Shown here: positions 1 through 8,542 of the stretch, piece after piece
How the letters are laid out: every line of letters begins with the position of its first letter
Position numbering within the stretch: the stretch's first letter is position 1
Virus record (IMG/VR): IMGVR_UViG_3300018077_000003
DNA: 41,854 nt
Source: a virus
Strand: one strand, 5' to 3'
Notes under the pieces: generated by a model
Told to the model about the DNA's origin: nothing
Database searches by the model: none
The model's input: the letters and a program-made list of their open reading frames with translations, nothing else
Program-made: the position numbers and the translations under genes

Positions 1-123
1 GAAGCGGTGCGTGGCACACTCGGTGATACCCCTGCCGGTGGCTCACGCCAAGGGGGCCGGGGCCGCGGCTTTCGGCTTCCTGTGCGGCGCGGCGCGGGGT
101 GCCGGGTGCCCGCCGGCAGGGGC
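1..123. repeat. Terminal direct repeat, left copy (exact 123-bp identity with 41732-41854)
   Basis: Read directly: bases 1-123 (gaagcggtgcgtggcacactcgg...ccgccggcaggggc) recur base-for-base at 41732-41854. Indicates a closed circular assembly or a physical DTR. Confidence 0.95.
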
Positions 124-306
124 GTGCGGCCCACTTGCGGGGTGCGTGGGGCAAGGACCGTGGGCCCGGGCGCGCGGCAAGGGGCAGGAGGACCCGCGAC
201 GGGGGGAAGGGGCAAGCGAAGCGGGGCCCACGGGCAGGGTGCGGGGGGTCCTCCCCCTGTCTACAGTGTATTATCCCCCTTTCCGTTCTTCTTTTTTCTT
301 CTGATA

Positions 307-318
307 GTGAGCGCTCAC
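307..318. repeat. Perfect 12-bp palindrome GTGAGCGCTCAC, 7 bp upstream of the -35 of the rightward promoter (operator-like)
   Basis: Self-complementary 12-mer read in sequence. Same core as the copies at 41236, 41445, 41599 and 40915. Confidence 0.6.
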
Positions 319-325
319 CTGTAGA

Positions 326-354
326 TTGACTCCGGCTCACGCCTGTGCTATGAT
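326..354 (+). promoter_or_regulatory. Sigma70-type promoter for the rightward (terminase/structural) arm
   Basis: TTGACT (326-331), 17-bp spacer, TATGAT (349-354) with TG at -15/-14. A T-rich tract lies at 285-303 upstream. 30 of 32 positions are identical to 9899-9930. Confidence 0.65.
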
Positions 355-451
355 CCGTGCCGTGGCCGCCCCACGCACGCGCAAGATTTCCCCGCCCCCG
401 GATAAGACCAATGGCTCTCCGGATAGGCCCTTGCTGCCCGCGCTCCGGGAA

Positions 452-796
452 ATGCATGCGGTCGGCCGCGACCCGGACGGCAGGACGCTCCCGCACGATT
501 TCGATATCCAGATCGCGGCGGTCGTGGCCCAACTTGCCGCAAACGGGGCGACCCCCGATGAAATATCCCGCCTTCTGAACCTGCGCCCGGGTACGCTGCG
601 CAAACATTACCGGTACGAGCTTGAGAATGGCTGCCTGCATGCCAACATGACCGTGGCCACCAGCCTGTTCGCGGCCGCCCGGGTTCCCGGGAACATACGG
701 GCCGCCGAGATCTGGCTTAAGGCCCGGGCCGGCTGGCGGGAGACCGATGATAAGAATGCCAACCAGTCGCCGTTGAACATTCACATCCACGCATGA
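452..796 (+). CDS. HTH DNA-binding protein, small-terminase-like
   Basis: Frame of the 326..796 ORF with high GC3. HTH-like AQLAANGATPDEISRLLNLRPGTLRKHY and C-terminal EIWLKARAGWRE, which resembles the conserved end of many TerS proteins. Start is uncertain: the in-frame ATG at 350 lies inside the predicted -10, so ATG 452 (or TTG 431) is preferred. Confidence 0.5.
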   Translation: MHAVGRDPDGRTLPHDFDIQIAAVVAQLAANGATPDEISRLLNLRPGTLRKHYRYELENGCLHANMTVATSLFAAARVPGNIRAAEIWLKARAGWRETDDKNANQSPLNIHIHA

Positions 797-987
797 AGCC
801 CTCTCGCGCCGCCTGGAAGGATAATGAGAGCAAGTTTGAGGCGGCCTCGCGCCAGTATTGGGAATTGTGCTCACAGGCGGCGATGGCCCGGGGCCTGGAC
901 CCGCGGGCGGCGGCCAACTTTGCGGACGAATGCCTGGACCAGTTGCTGGAGCGCTATGCCCAGGATAAAGGACAGGCGGATCTCTGA
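793..987 (+). CDS. Hypothetical protein (64 aa)
   Basis: ATGA overlap with the preceding stop. High GC3. Confidence 0.6.
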   Translation: MKPSRAAWKDNESKFEAASRQYWELCSQAAMARGLDPRAAANFADECLDQLLERYAQDKGQADL

Positions 988-1142
988 TGCCGTATACCCT
1001 GAAGCAACGTAATGCGCTGCGGGCGATCGCGCACGGGGCACGCCTACGCGTAATGAAGAACGTCGGGCAGAGGAAGGCGAAGAAGATGCTGTCGCACGGC
1101 ACCCGCCCAGCGGCCAAGAAGTTGTCTCAATCGGGCTACTAG
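987..1142 (+). CDS. Hypothetical small basic protein (51 aa)
   Basis: Not in the ORF track (under 60 aa). TGATG overlap with the upstream stop. High GC3: MPYTLKQRNALRAIAHGARLRVMKNVGQRKAKKMLSHGTRPAAKKLSQSGY. Confidence 0.5.
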   Translation: MPYTLKQRNALRAIAHGARLRVMKNVGQRKAKKMLSHGTRPAAKKLSQSGY

Positions 1143-1150
1143 GAGGCGAA

Positions 1151-1297
1151 ATGTGGGCATGGATCAAGATGGCGTGGGACAAGATCGACATCTGGGCATA
1201 CCGGGTCTATCTTTTGTTCCAGTATGACTGGCTGACGGCGGGGATCGTGTTTTTCCTGGGTGCCGCCGCCGCGCTGATCGCCCGGTGGCTGCTGTGA
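1151..1297 (+). CDS. Small membrane protein (48 aa)
   Basis: AGGAGG at 1141-1146, 4 nt before the ATG. Hydrophobic C-terminal segment GIVFFLGAAAALIARWLL. High GC3. Confidence 0.55.
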   Translation: MWAWIKMAWDKIDIWAYRVYLLFQYDWLTAGIVFFLGAAAALIARWLL

Positions 1298-1585
1298 GCG
1301 ACCGGCCGATACAACTGGATGGGGCCCCCCGGGTGTATTCCGTGTCAGGGAAGCTCGAGCAGGCGATCGGCCTGATCGTGGACGCGGCATTTGGGGAAAA
1401 GCCCCATGATTTGGAAGTGGGCCCCGCCGCCGAGGATCGGAGGATCAAGCGCGCCCAGGCCCGCCCAGGCCCGCACCACGCTCCTGCAACTCGTGATGCG
1501 TGCCAAGGCAGAGGGCCGGGCGGAAGCTAAGGCCGAGTACTTGGTGCTGAGTCAAATATATCCATATGCTCGTGCCGGGCACTAA
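1294..1585 (+). pseudogene. Small ORF split by a 10-bp tandem duplication (1294..1530 plus 1391..1585 frames)
   Basis: GTGA-coupled start at 1294. The coding-like frame switches exactly at the duplicated CGCCCAGGCC (1452-1471). Removing one copy gives one 93-aa ORF ending ...KRAQARTTLLQLVMRAKAEGRAEAKAEYLVLSQIYPYARAGH. Confidence 0.5.
1452..1471. repeat. 10-bp perfect tandem duplication CGCCCAGGCC x2 (plus partial CGC)
   Basis: Read directly in sequence. Confidence 0.9.
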
Positions 1586-3107
1586 AGGTCAAAAGATCGA
1601 GGGCGGGCCGGTCCGGTCCGACGGGGTGCATTACACCCCGGACGGGGGGATTTTGAAAGCTTTCCTGAATGACGACAGCTTCATATCGGGGGTGCGCGGG
1701 CCGTTCGGATCGGGCAAGTCGACCGCGGCCATAATGAAGTTGATCAAGAACGCTCAGGAGCAGGCGATCGGCCCGGACGGCTGGAGAAGGCGCAGGACCG
1801 CGATCATCAGGAATACCTATCCGGAACTTCGCACCACTACCATGAAGTCATGGCACATGTGGCTCCCGCAGCATCTGGGGAAATGGCGCGAGGCGGGCCC
1901 CCCCATGCATTACTTCAAGGATGACGCCAAGAAGTTTGAATGGGAGATCCTGTTCCTGGCGCTGGACCGCCCGGACGATGCATCGAAAATCTTGTCGATG
2001 GACCTCTCTGACTGCTGGGTGAACGAGGCGCGGGAAGTTCCAAAGGGTATCATAGATGCGCTTACCGGGCGGGTGGGCAGATACCCGCCGGTCTGGCAGG
2101 GCGAGGTCACGAAGGCCCAGATCCTGTTGGACACCAACCCCCCGGACACTACCTCGTGGTGGTATGTGCTGGCCGAGCACGATATGACGAATGAACGCAA
2201 CCGGCAATTGGTGGCGTCCATGCTGGAGGCCGAGGGCGTGCTTCGTACCAAGGGAATCCTCCGCCCCAACCAGCCGATCATGAGCTTTTTCACACAGCCC
2301 TCGGGCAGGGGCCCCAATGCCGAGAACCTGAAGTTCCTGCGCCCGGGCTATTATGACTTGTTGATGGCCGGGAAATCCGAGGACTACATCAAAGTCTACG
2401 TGGACGGGGAATATGGGTTCATCATGGAGGGGCTCCCGATGTTCCCGGAGTACCGGGACACGACGCATGGGAGCCGCGAATTCCCGATCATCAGGACCCT
2501 CGGATTCCGCATCGGGTTGGATTTCGGGTTCACCCCGGCCGCGACCATCAGTCAACGCCTGCCGTCTGGAAGATGGTTGGTGCAGGATGAACTGGTGTCG
2601 GAGAAGCTTGGCATCGACACCTTTGCAAAGGAACTTAAGAGAAGGCTGGCGGACAGATACTCCGGGATCAGGGTCATATCGGTACGGGGCGATCCGTCGG
2701 GAGACGTTTCCGCGCCGGGCGAGAGCTCGCCGTTCGCGATCATGCGGGCGAATGGATTTGACGCATGGCCCGCGACCACGCAAGATCCAATACGAAGGCG
2801 CGAGGGCGTGGCGTACCTGCTCAAGAATCTGGTGGACGGGGAGCCCGCCATCCAGATCCATCCGCGCTGCTCATGGTTGAGGAAGGGCATGGCGGGGGGC
2901 TATCACCGCCGCCGGCTGTTGGTGGCCGGGGAGATTAAGTACCGGCACGTCCCGGAGAAGAACGAATACTCGCACATATGCGAGGCCCTCGAGTACGATT
3001 GCGTGTCGGCCGGTGAAGACCGTCACGTCACCATGAAGCCGGAATACCTCGACAATCCGAGGCAGCAGTACGCAGAGAGCGACGACTATCGTATTTTAGG
3101 AGGCTGA
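1566..3107 (+). CDS. terL: Terminase large subunit
   Basis: 513 aa. Walker A GPFGSGKST, Walker B-like LSDCWVNEA, C-terminal nuclease-type region (VRGDPSGDV). Typical size. Confidence 0.9.
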   Translation: MLVPGTKGQKIEGGPVRSDGVHYTPDGGILKAFLNDDSFISGVRGPFGSGKSTAAIMKLIKNAQEQAIGPDGWRRRRTAIIRNTYPELRTTTMKSWHMWLPQHLGKWREAGPPMHYFKDDAKKFEWEILFLALDRPDDASKILSMDLSDCWVNEAREVPKGIIDALTGRVGRYPPVWQGEVTKAQILLDTNPPDTTSWWYVLAEHDMTNERNRQLVASMLEAEGVLRTKGILRPNQPIMSFFTQPSGRGPNAENLKFLRPGYYDLLMAGKSEDYIKVYVDGEYGFIMEGLPMFPEYRDTTHGSREFPIIRTLGFRIGLDFGFTPAATISQRLPSGRWLVQDELVSEKLGIDTFAKELKRRLADRYSGIRVISVRGDPSGDVSAPGESSPFAIMRANGFDAWPATTQDPIRRREGVAYLLKNLVDGEPAIQIHPRCSWLRKGMAGGYHRRRLLVAGEIKYRHVPEKNEYSHICEALEYDCVSAGEDRHVTMKPEYLDNPRQQYAESDDYRILGG

Positions 3108-3108
3108 T

Positions 3109-3399
3109 ATGGGCTTTAAGCTGAAAAGGATCACCGGTGCACTGATCGGGTCCCCCTCTATATTTGGGGCGCGGGACCCTTTGTTGGACGCGATTTTTGA
3201 TAAGAGGCCAAAGGAAGCGGCGGCGGCGGGGCCGGAAGCGTTGCCGGCCGCACCGACCCTTCCATCCGCCTTCGAGGGGGTGGCCCCGGATCTTATGCAA
3301 CAGGTGAAGCGGCGGCGCACTAGGGCGTCCCTGGTGCTTACCGGGCCCGGCGGGGCGGGCCTGCCTAGAACGGCCACGAAGACTTTATTGGGGGAATGA
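3109..3399 (+). CDS. Hypothetical protein (96 aa)
   Basis: Starts 2 nt after the terL stop. High GC3. C-terminal ...TKTLLGE. Confidence 0.6.
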   Translation: MGFKLKRITGALIGSPSIFGARDPLLDAIFDKRPKEAAAAGPEALPAAPTLPSAFEGVAPDLMQQVKRRRTRASLVLTGPGGAGLPRTATKTLLGE

Positions 3400-3402
3400 G
3401 CC

Positions 3403-3729
3403 ATGGCGACCCTGTACGTTTCAGAGTACGCAAGACAGGCGCTCGATAACCACGGCGCGCCGATCGCCGCCGGGGAGGAGCCGCCGCTCGCGAGTCAGAC
3501 CGTGGCTATTGCGGTAGGTTCCACGGCCTCTGGTGCTTTCAATTTGAAGACGCGCTTTGTACGATTGCATGCCGACGTGGTGTGTTCATTCAAGTTCGGA
3601 ACGGGCACTCCGGTAGCTGTTGCTACCGACGCCCGGATGGGGGCGAATCAGACCGAGTACTTTGGTGTCCTGGAGCAGGCAGTTCGGGACCCGGCCGGAT
3701 TCAAGGTTGCGGTAATCCAGAATACTTGA
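3403..3729 (+). CDS. Hypothetical protein, probably virion-associated (108 aa)
   Basis: Compact beta-rich sequence within the structural arm. Confidence 0.55.
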   Translation: MATLYVSEYARQALDNHGAPIAAGEEPPLASQTVAIAVGSTASGAFNLKTRFVRLHADVVCSFKFGTGTPVAVATDARMGANQTEYFGVLEQAVRDPAGFKVAVIQNT

Positions 3730-3742
3730 TGAAAGGGTGATC

Positions 3743-4219
3743 ATGGGACCGATTTCACAAGGCGGCGGGGCGACGGATCTGGCGCTGGCATTATTGGCCG
3801 CTGCTTCTGATCCGGATGGCACTAAGGTCAGGCTTTATGAACTGGGTGGTGCCCAGGCTAAAATGGAGGACGCCAGGGCAACTTTAATTATCGCCCAGAA
3901 AGATGCCGAGGCCAAAATAACCGAGGCTAATGGCAGGGTGACCGTGGCTGAAGAAGCAGAGAGCAAAGCACAGCGGGCCATGTCCATGGCCGATGTCAAG
4001 ATGGACGCGGCCGATGCAATGAATAAAGGAGCCGAGGCCCTGATGCTGGATGCCGAGGCTCATTCGGACGAGGCCGATGTCAAGAATGCCGAGGCCGATA
4101 ACAATAGAGCCCAGGCCGATGATCTCATGCTCAAGGCTCAGGAAACGATGGCCGTTGCCGAAGCGCTGCAGGACGAGTATGAGGGCAAATTGACCAATTT
4201 ACGGGCCCTTGTTCAGTGA
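3743..4219 (+). CDS. Coiled-coil Ala/Asp/Glu-rich protein
   Basis: AAAGGG 5 nt before ATG 3743. Long heptad-like acidic helical region (DAEAKITEA..., DAADAMNKGAEALMLDAEAHSDEADVKNAEADNNRAQADD). Confidence 0.6.
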   Translation: MGPISQGGGATDLALALLAAASDPDGTKVRLYELGGAQAKMEDARATLIIAQKDAEAKITEANGRVTVAEEAESKAQRAMSMADVKMDAADAMNKGAEALMLDAEAHSDEADVKNAEADNNRAQADDLMLKAQETMAVAEALQDEYEGKLTNLRALVQ

Positions 4220-4238
4220 TTTTTTAAGGGGGGACGCT

Positions 4239-4580
4239 GTGCCAAGTCATAGACGGCGTGAAGGTTATCTGATGATCGATCATCGGAATTCGCCCGGGCT
4301 TACGGAAGAGCAGGTTCATGCGGCCGGGCTTCCACCCGGTGCGGGTCGGGGCCTGTTTGAAGCGCCAACGTTTGGTTGCGCGCACTGCGGCATCATCGTC
4401 ATTCTTAACCCGGATCGCCAGCGAGATCGGGCTTACTGTTCAAAGTGTGACCGTCACCTTTGTGACAATTGCGGTGCGGCTTATGGGATAACACGTGAGT
4501 GTCGAAGTTTCGTAAGGGCGCTTGATGAGGCGCAAGAGGCTGCTGAAAAGCAGAGTTCACTTCTGTTTTTAGGAGACTGA
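4239..4580 (+). CDS. Cys-rich zinc-ribbon-like protein
   Basis: GTG start preceded by AAGGGGGG. CAHCG...CSKCDRHLCDNCG (CxxC...CxxC...CxxC). Confidence 0.55.
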   Translation: MPSHRRREGYLMIDHRNSPGLTEEQVHAAGLPPGAGRGLFEAPTFGCAHCGIIVILNPDRQRDRAYCSKCDRHLCDNCGAAYGITRECRSFVRALDEAQEAAEKQSSLLFLGD

Positions 4581-4581
4581 A

Positions 4582-5091
4582 ATGGCGAAGCGGGTTTATA
4601 CGATGGACACTAACACGCCGACGGCGACCGCCGACACGACAGCTTTGGTGAACGCCACTTATATAGGCGCTTTCAAAGGCGGCTCCGGCGCGCAGCGGAC
4701 GGTCATCGATGAGATTTATCTCGGTGGCCAAGCGGCCGCGAGCACGCCGACCCTCATGCAGCTTGCCAGGGATTCGACGGTCGGAGTCGGGGCACAAAGT
4801 GGCGGTGACGATGCACCACTTGACCCGGCCACCGCTGCTTTGGCCGCTCCGGTGGGCGTGGGCAATTCTTTCGTCACGTCTGCGCCCCAGCGTGATGCCG
4901 CCGCAAAGTTGCTCCATCTTGATTTTAACGCTTTTGGCGGGATAGTAAGATGGAAGTCGCTTGCCGCTGATAGAAGCGATGCGCCGACGTTGCTTGGCAA
5001 CACGGCCTCGTTCGGTGAAGCGTCGCTCTCTGCCTTTACTGGCGGTACGCCCGGCGCGATGGGGGCACATGTCATTTACGAAACATTATAA
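4582..5091 (+). CDS. Hypothetical structural-arm protein (169 aa)
   Basis: ORF starts 2 nt after the upstream stop. Ala/Gly/Thr-rich beta-type composition. Confidence 0.55.
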   Translation: MAKRVYTMDTNTPTATADTTALVNATYIGAFKGGSGAQRTVIDEIYLGGQAAASTPTLMQLARDSTVGVGAQSGGDDAPLDPATAALAAPVGVGNSFVTSAPQRDAAAKLLHLDFNAFGGIVRWKSLAADRSDAPTLLGNTASFGEASLSAFTGGTPGAMGAHVIYETL

Positions 5092-5115
5092 ACCATTTTA
5101 TATAGGAGGCGGTTT

Positions 5116-6261
5116 ATGAAGTCAGCCCATTCTCAACGCCTGGAAAACTGGCTCGGTAAAGACGCTCTCGAGCGCGTTTCTCGTGCTATGTGTGGGCCAC
5201 ACCCTGAATCAAAGTGGTATGGACCGCCGATTGCGCTCAGTGGTGTCCCGGGGGCAGTCTACGCAACGCGGGACGGGGACTTTATCGGATATTGTGATGC
5301 GGGACAGTTCGGCAATGCTTATGACCGGGCCGAGGACACGGTGCGCCGTCTTGCTCGAATGCTGCGGGCAAGGGTGGCTCGCGGTGTGCGGGTTCATCAT
5401 GGCGCGCTCTATGCGGGATTTGCCTCGCTGTCTGATCTGATAGCCGAGGCGACCGCCGGAAAGCGGCGCGAATGGACGTGGGCAAAATCTGGTACTGTCG
5501 GTGTTCTTGGCTCTACGAACACGTTGTGGCGCGTTGGGACATTTCCGGCTGCCGGCGGCAGCGCGGCGGCTGCGCCCGGTGGTGAAGCTCCTACGGACGC
5601 TACGACGGGAGCCATGCCGTTCGATAACGTCTCGACCGATACGCGGCACATCGTGTCGGCATGGACCCAGGCAAGCGCAAACCCACGAAATCTATTGTTG
5701 TATGACCGTATCTTCGCCGTTGATAAGACGATGAATAGCACGGCGACCGAGGCCGTTACCGGTGTGCCGACACGTTATCAAAGCATCACGCAAGGCGCGG
5801 CGGATAGCGCGGAGGGGAACTTTTTATTCATGGAGTGTCACACGGCGCTCCCCGCAACCGCCCATAACTGGACGGTATGTCTGTATGAAGATCAAGGCGG
5901 AACCACGGGCGCTATCCTGCCATCCGTCACGGGCAACGCCTCGAACATTATTAACCGCAATGATATGCCAGCCTTTACCTGGTTTGCGCCTCTCGCAAGC
6001 GGGGATACTGGCATCAGTGACCTGGAACAAATGCAATGCTCGGCGCTCGTGGCGACCGGGGTCATTAATTTCGTGATTGGTCACCCACTCGCTTGGATGG
6101 CAAATCCTTTAGCGAATGCCCTGTGCGTGTATGATTACATTGGGACGGCGTTCAATTTGGCGCGCATCTTCGATGATGCCGCCCTGGCGTGGCTTGATGT
6201 AATGGCGCCGGGCACAACTGCAACAACATTTTCGATGGGCATAACCGCAGTGCATGGTTGA
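5116..6261 (+). CDS. Hypothetical structural-arm protein (381 aa)
   Basis: AGGAGG upstream of the ATG. No motif recognised. Confidence 0.6.
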   Translation: MKSAHSQRLENWLGKDALERVSRAMCGPHPESKWYGPPIALSGVPGAVYATRDGDFIGYCDAGQFGNAYDRAEDTVRRLARMLRARVARGVRVHHGALYAGFASLSDLIAEATAGKRREWTWAKSGTVGVLGSTNTLWRVGTFPAAGGSAAAAPGGEAPTDATTGAMPFDNVSTDTRHIVSAWTQASANPRNLLLYDRIFAVDKTMNSTATEAVTGVPTRYQSITQGAADSAEGNFLFMECHTALPATAHNWTVCLYEDQGGTTGAILPSVTGNASNIINRNDMPAFTWFAPLASGDTGISDLEQMQCSALVATGVINFVIGHPLAWMANPLANALCVYDYIGTAFNLARIFDDAALAWLDVMAPGTTATTFSMGITAVHG

Positions 6262-6890
6262 TGTTCAACGCAAAGCATAATCCCAGGGTCGGGGCCCAGA
6301 TATTCTCTGAGTGGGGAAAGTATTGGCATCCGACTCTGACGTTTCATGACCCTAATCCTCCGATTACGTTGGAGAATGCCGAGGCTGCGGGTTCACCGTT
6401 TTTTCAGAGTGATTGGTCGAGTGCGCGGGTAGGCCACGGAACACGCGGTTTTATTGATCTTACGTCGAATTTGCTATTGACGACCCTGGCGGTCGCCGTA
6501 GTAGTTGCGCCATTCGGGCCGATAGAATGGCCCGAGCGCCTCGGGCGACGCGAAGTCGTCGTCGATCAGTCCCTAAATTCGCTCATTTCGACGCTCGCTC
6601 CGGTGGTGGAGACGCCGTTCGTGCAGTTTGACTGGCCAATTATTCGTCATACCGCCACGCGGGAGGAATTCCGGTCACAAGGGCTGCTGCAAACAACGCT
6701 GTTGCCGCCCGCTGCGGCCGCACCTTTTATTCCGGTCGATCTCATGATTCAGCATATTTTTCCGCGGCGGGGTATTGAGGTATCATTGAATTTGATGATG
6801 ACTACTCTTGCCCCGTTGCCGCCGGCGCCGTCGGGCGATTTAAATTATGTCGGTTTTATGGCCGATATGGGCAAACTGATGACGAGGTAA
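6258..6890 (+). CDS. Repeat protein with four ~35-aa units (fibre/adaptor-like)
   Basis: ATGA coupling. Repeats follow the pattern PF-x3-(D/E)W ... S-x-N-L-hydrophobic-x-T-T-L-A, four times. Confidence 0.6.
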   Translation: MMFNAKHNPRVGAQIFSEWGKYWHPTLTFHDPNPPITLENAEAAGSPFFQSDWSSARVGHGTRGFIDLTSNLLLTTLAVAVVVAPFGPIEWPERLGRREVVVDQSLNSLISTLAPVVETPFVQFDWPIIRHTATREEFRSQGLLQTTLLPPAAAAPFIPVDLMIQHIFPRRGIEVSLNLMMTTLAPLPPAPSGDLNYVGFMADMGKLMTR

Positions 6891-6892
6891 AA

Positions 6893-8542
6893 ATGGCCGA
6901 TTCTCGCACACTCGAAATCCTGGACCAGCAAAGTCAGCTGGAGAACGATCGGTCCGTATGGGATTCTCACTGGCAGGAAGTGGCGGAACTATGCCTTCCC
7001 CGCCATGACGAGTTCAACGTCACCCGGACCGAGGGGGCGAAGCGCACGGACAAGATCTTTGATGCGACGGCCCTGCTGGCGATCGACCGGGCCGCGTCTG
7101 CCGTGGACTCGTTGATCACGCCTTCGACGATGTTTTGGCACGGGCTGGGGTCGATGGACGAGGCCCTGAACGAGGATCTGGGAATTAAGCAATACCTTGA
7201 AGTGATCACCAAGATCTTGTTCAAGATGCGATACCGCCCCGCCGCGAATTTTGCATCGCAGGCGCATGAGTGCTACGTCAGCCTCATGGCGTTTGGCAAT
7301 GATGCCCTGTTCACGGATGACGTGCTCGGGGTCGGTATCCGGTACAAGTCTTGCTCCATGTCGGAAATCTTTATCGCGGAAGACCATGCCGGGATCATCG
7401 ATCTGGTCCACCGCCGCTTCCCGCTCACCGCCCGTCAGGCGGTGCAAAAGTTTGGGGAAGATAAGATTCCCGAGCGGATCAAGAAGGACGGGGAGAAGTA
7501 CCCGTTCAGGAAGCATCAATTCATTCATTGCGTCAGGCCGAACCAAGAAATCAAGCGCGGGGCGCGGGATCACCGCGGCATGAAGTATTCGTCCTATTAC
7601 GTTGCCAAGGACGATAAGATGATGGTCAGCGAGGGCGGGTACCGTACCTTTCCTTACGCCGTCGGCCGGCACGTCACCGCCCCTACCGAGACTTATGGGC
7701 GATCGCCCGCGATGATGGTCTTGCCCGACATCAAGATGGTCAATGAAATGGAAAAGACCATGATCCGGGCGGCGCACAAGATCGTGGACCCGCCGCTGCT
7801 GCTTTATGGCGACGGGGTACTCAGTGCCTTCAATGCCCGCCCCAATGCCTTGAATTATGGCGGGGTGAACGATCAGGGGGTTCAGCTTGTGGTGCCCCTT
7901 AAGACGGGCTCGAACCTGCCGATCGGGATCGAAATGGCGGACCAGAAGCGCAAGGTCATCAACGATGCGTTGTATGTCACGCTGTTTCAGATTCTTGTCC
8001 AGAACCCGCAGATGACGGCCACGGAGGCCCTGCTACGGGCCCAGGAGAAGGGCCAATTGCTTGCGCCGACGATGGGGCGACAGCAATCCGAATTTCTTGA
8101 GCGCGTGATCACCCGGGAACTCGATATCGGCTCCGCCGCCGGAGTCTTTCCGCCGATGCCCGAGAAGTTGAGGCGTTCGGGCGGGGAGGTTAAGGTAGTA
8201 TACACTTCGCCCCTGTCGAGGCTCCGTCGCGCCGAGGACGGGGTTGCAATCATGCGCACCCTCGAGCAGGTTAGCATGATCGCGCAGGTGCGCCCGGATG
8301 TCTGGGATAATTTCGACGATGAGGCCATCGCGCGGGAATTGGCCGATATCAACGGCATGCCGGCTAAGACGCTGCGGTTGCCGGAGATCGTGGCCCAGGT
8401 CCGTGCCGCCCGCAAAGAGGCCCAGGCACAGGCCCAGCAGATGGAACAGACCGAGCAAGCTGCCCGTTCGTTCAAGGCCGGGGCTCAGGGCTTGCAGGCC
8501 GCTGGTGTGAAGATCCCGCAACCGCAACCGGAGGAAGTGTGA
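6893..8542 (+). CDS. Portal (head-to-tail connector) protein
   Basis: 549 aa, immediately upstream of the scaffold and capsid genes. N-terminal pattern (ENDRSVWDSHWQEVAELCLPR) resembles podovirus connector proteins. Confidence 0.8.
   Translation: MADSRTLEILDQQSQLENDRSVWDSHWQEVAELCLPRHDEFNVTRTEGAKRTDKIFDATALLAIDRAASAVDSLITPSTMFWHGLGSMDEALNEDLGIKQYLEVITKILFKMRYRPAANFASQAHECYVSLMAFGNDALFTDDVLGVGIRYKSCSMSEIFIAEDHAGIIDLVHRRFPLTARQAVQKFGEDKIPERIKKDGEKYPFRKHQFIHCVRPNQEIKRGARDHRGMKYSSYYVAKDDKMMVSEGGYRTFPYAVGRHVTAPTETYGRSPAMMVLPDIKMVNEMEKTMIRAAHKIVDPPLLLYGDGVLSAFNARPNALNYGGVNDQGVQLVVPLKTGSNLPIGIEMADQKRKVINDALYVTLFQILVQNPQMTATEALLRAQEKGQLLAPTMGRQQSEFLERVITRELDIGSAAGVFPPMPEKLRRSGGEVKVVYTSPLSRLRRAEDGVAIMRTLEQVSMIAQVRPDVWDNFDDEAIARELADINGMPAKTLRLPEIVAQVRAARKEAQAQAQQMEQTEQAARSFKAGAQGLQAAGVKIPQPQPEEV

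Noticed and set aside
350-451. ATG at 350 (or TTG at 326) as the start of the first rightward gene.
   Set aside because: ATG 350 lies inside the TATGAT -10 element of a promoter cassette that is duplicated at 9899-9930, where the same bases are clearly non-coding. Transcripts from this promoter would start downstream of it. It remains possible if another upstream promoter exists.
1848-2861. Long antisense ORFs inside large genes, for example 1848..2861 (-), 6989..7777 (-), 10353..11468 (-), 13693..14493 (-), 16215..16796 (-), 31122..31886 (+), 28877..29533 (+).
   Set aside because: These are shadow frames typical of GC-rich coding DNA. They lie opposite genes with clear motifs, and their products are Arg/Pro/His-rich.
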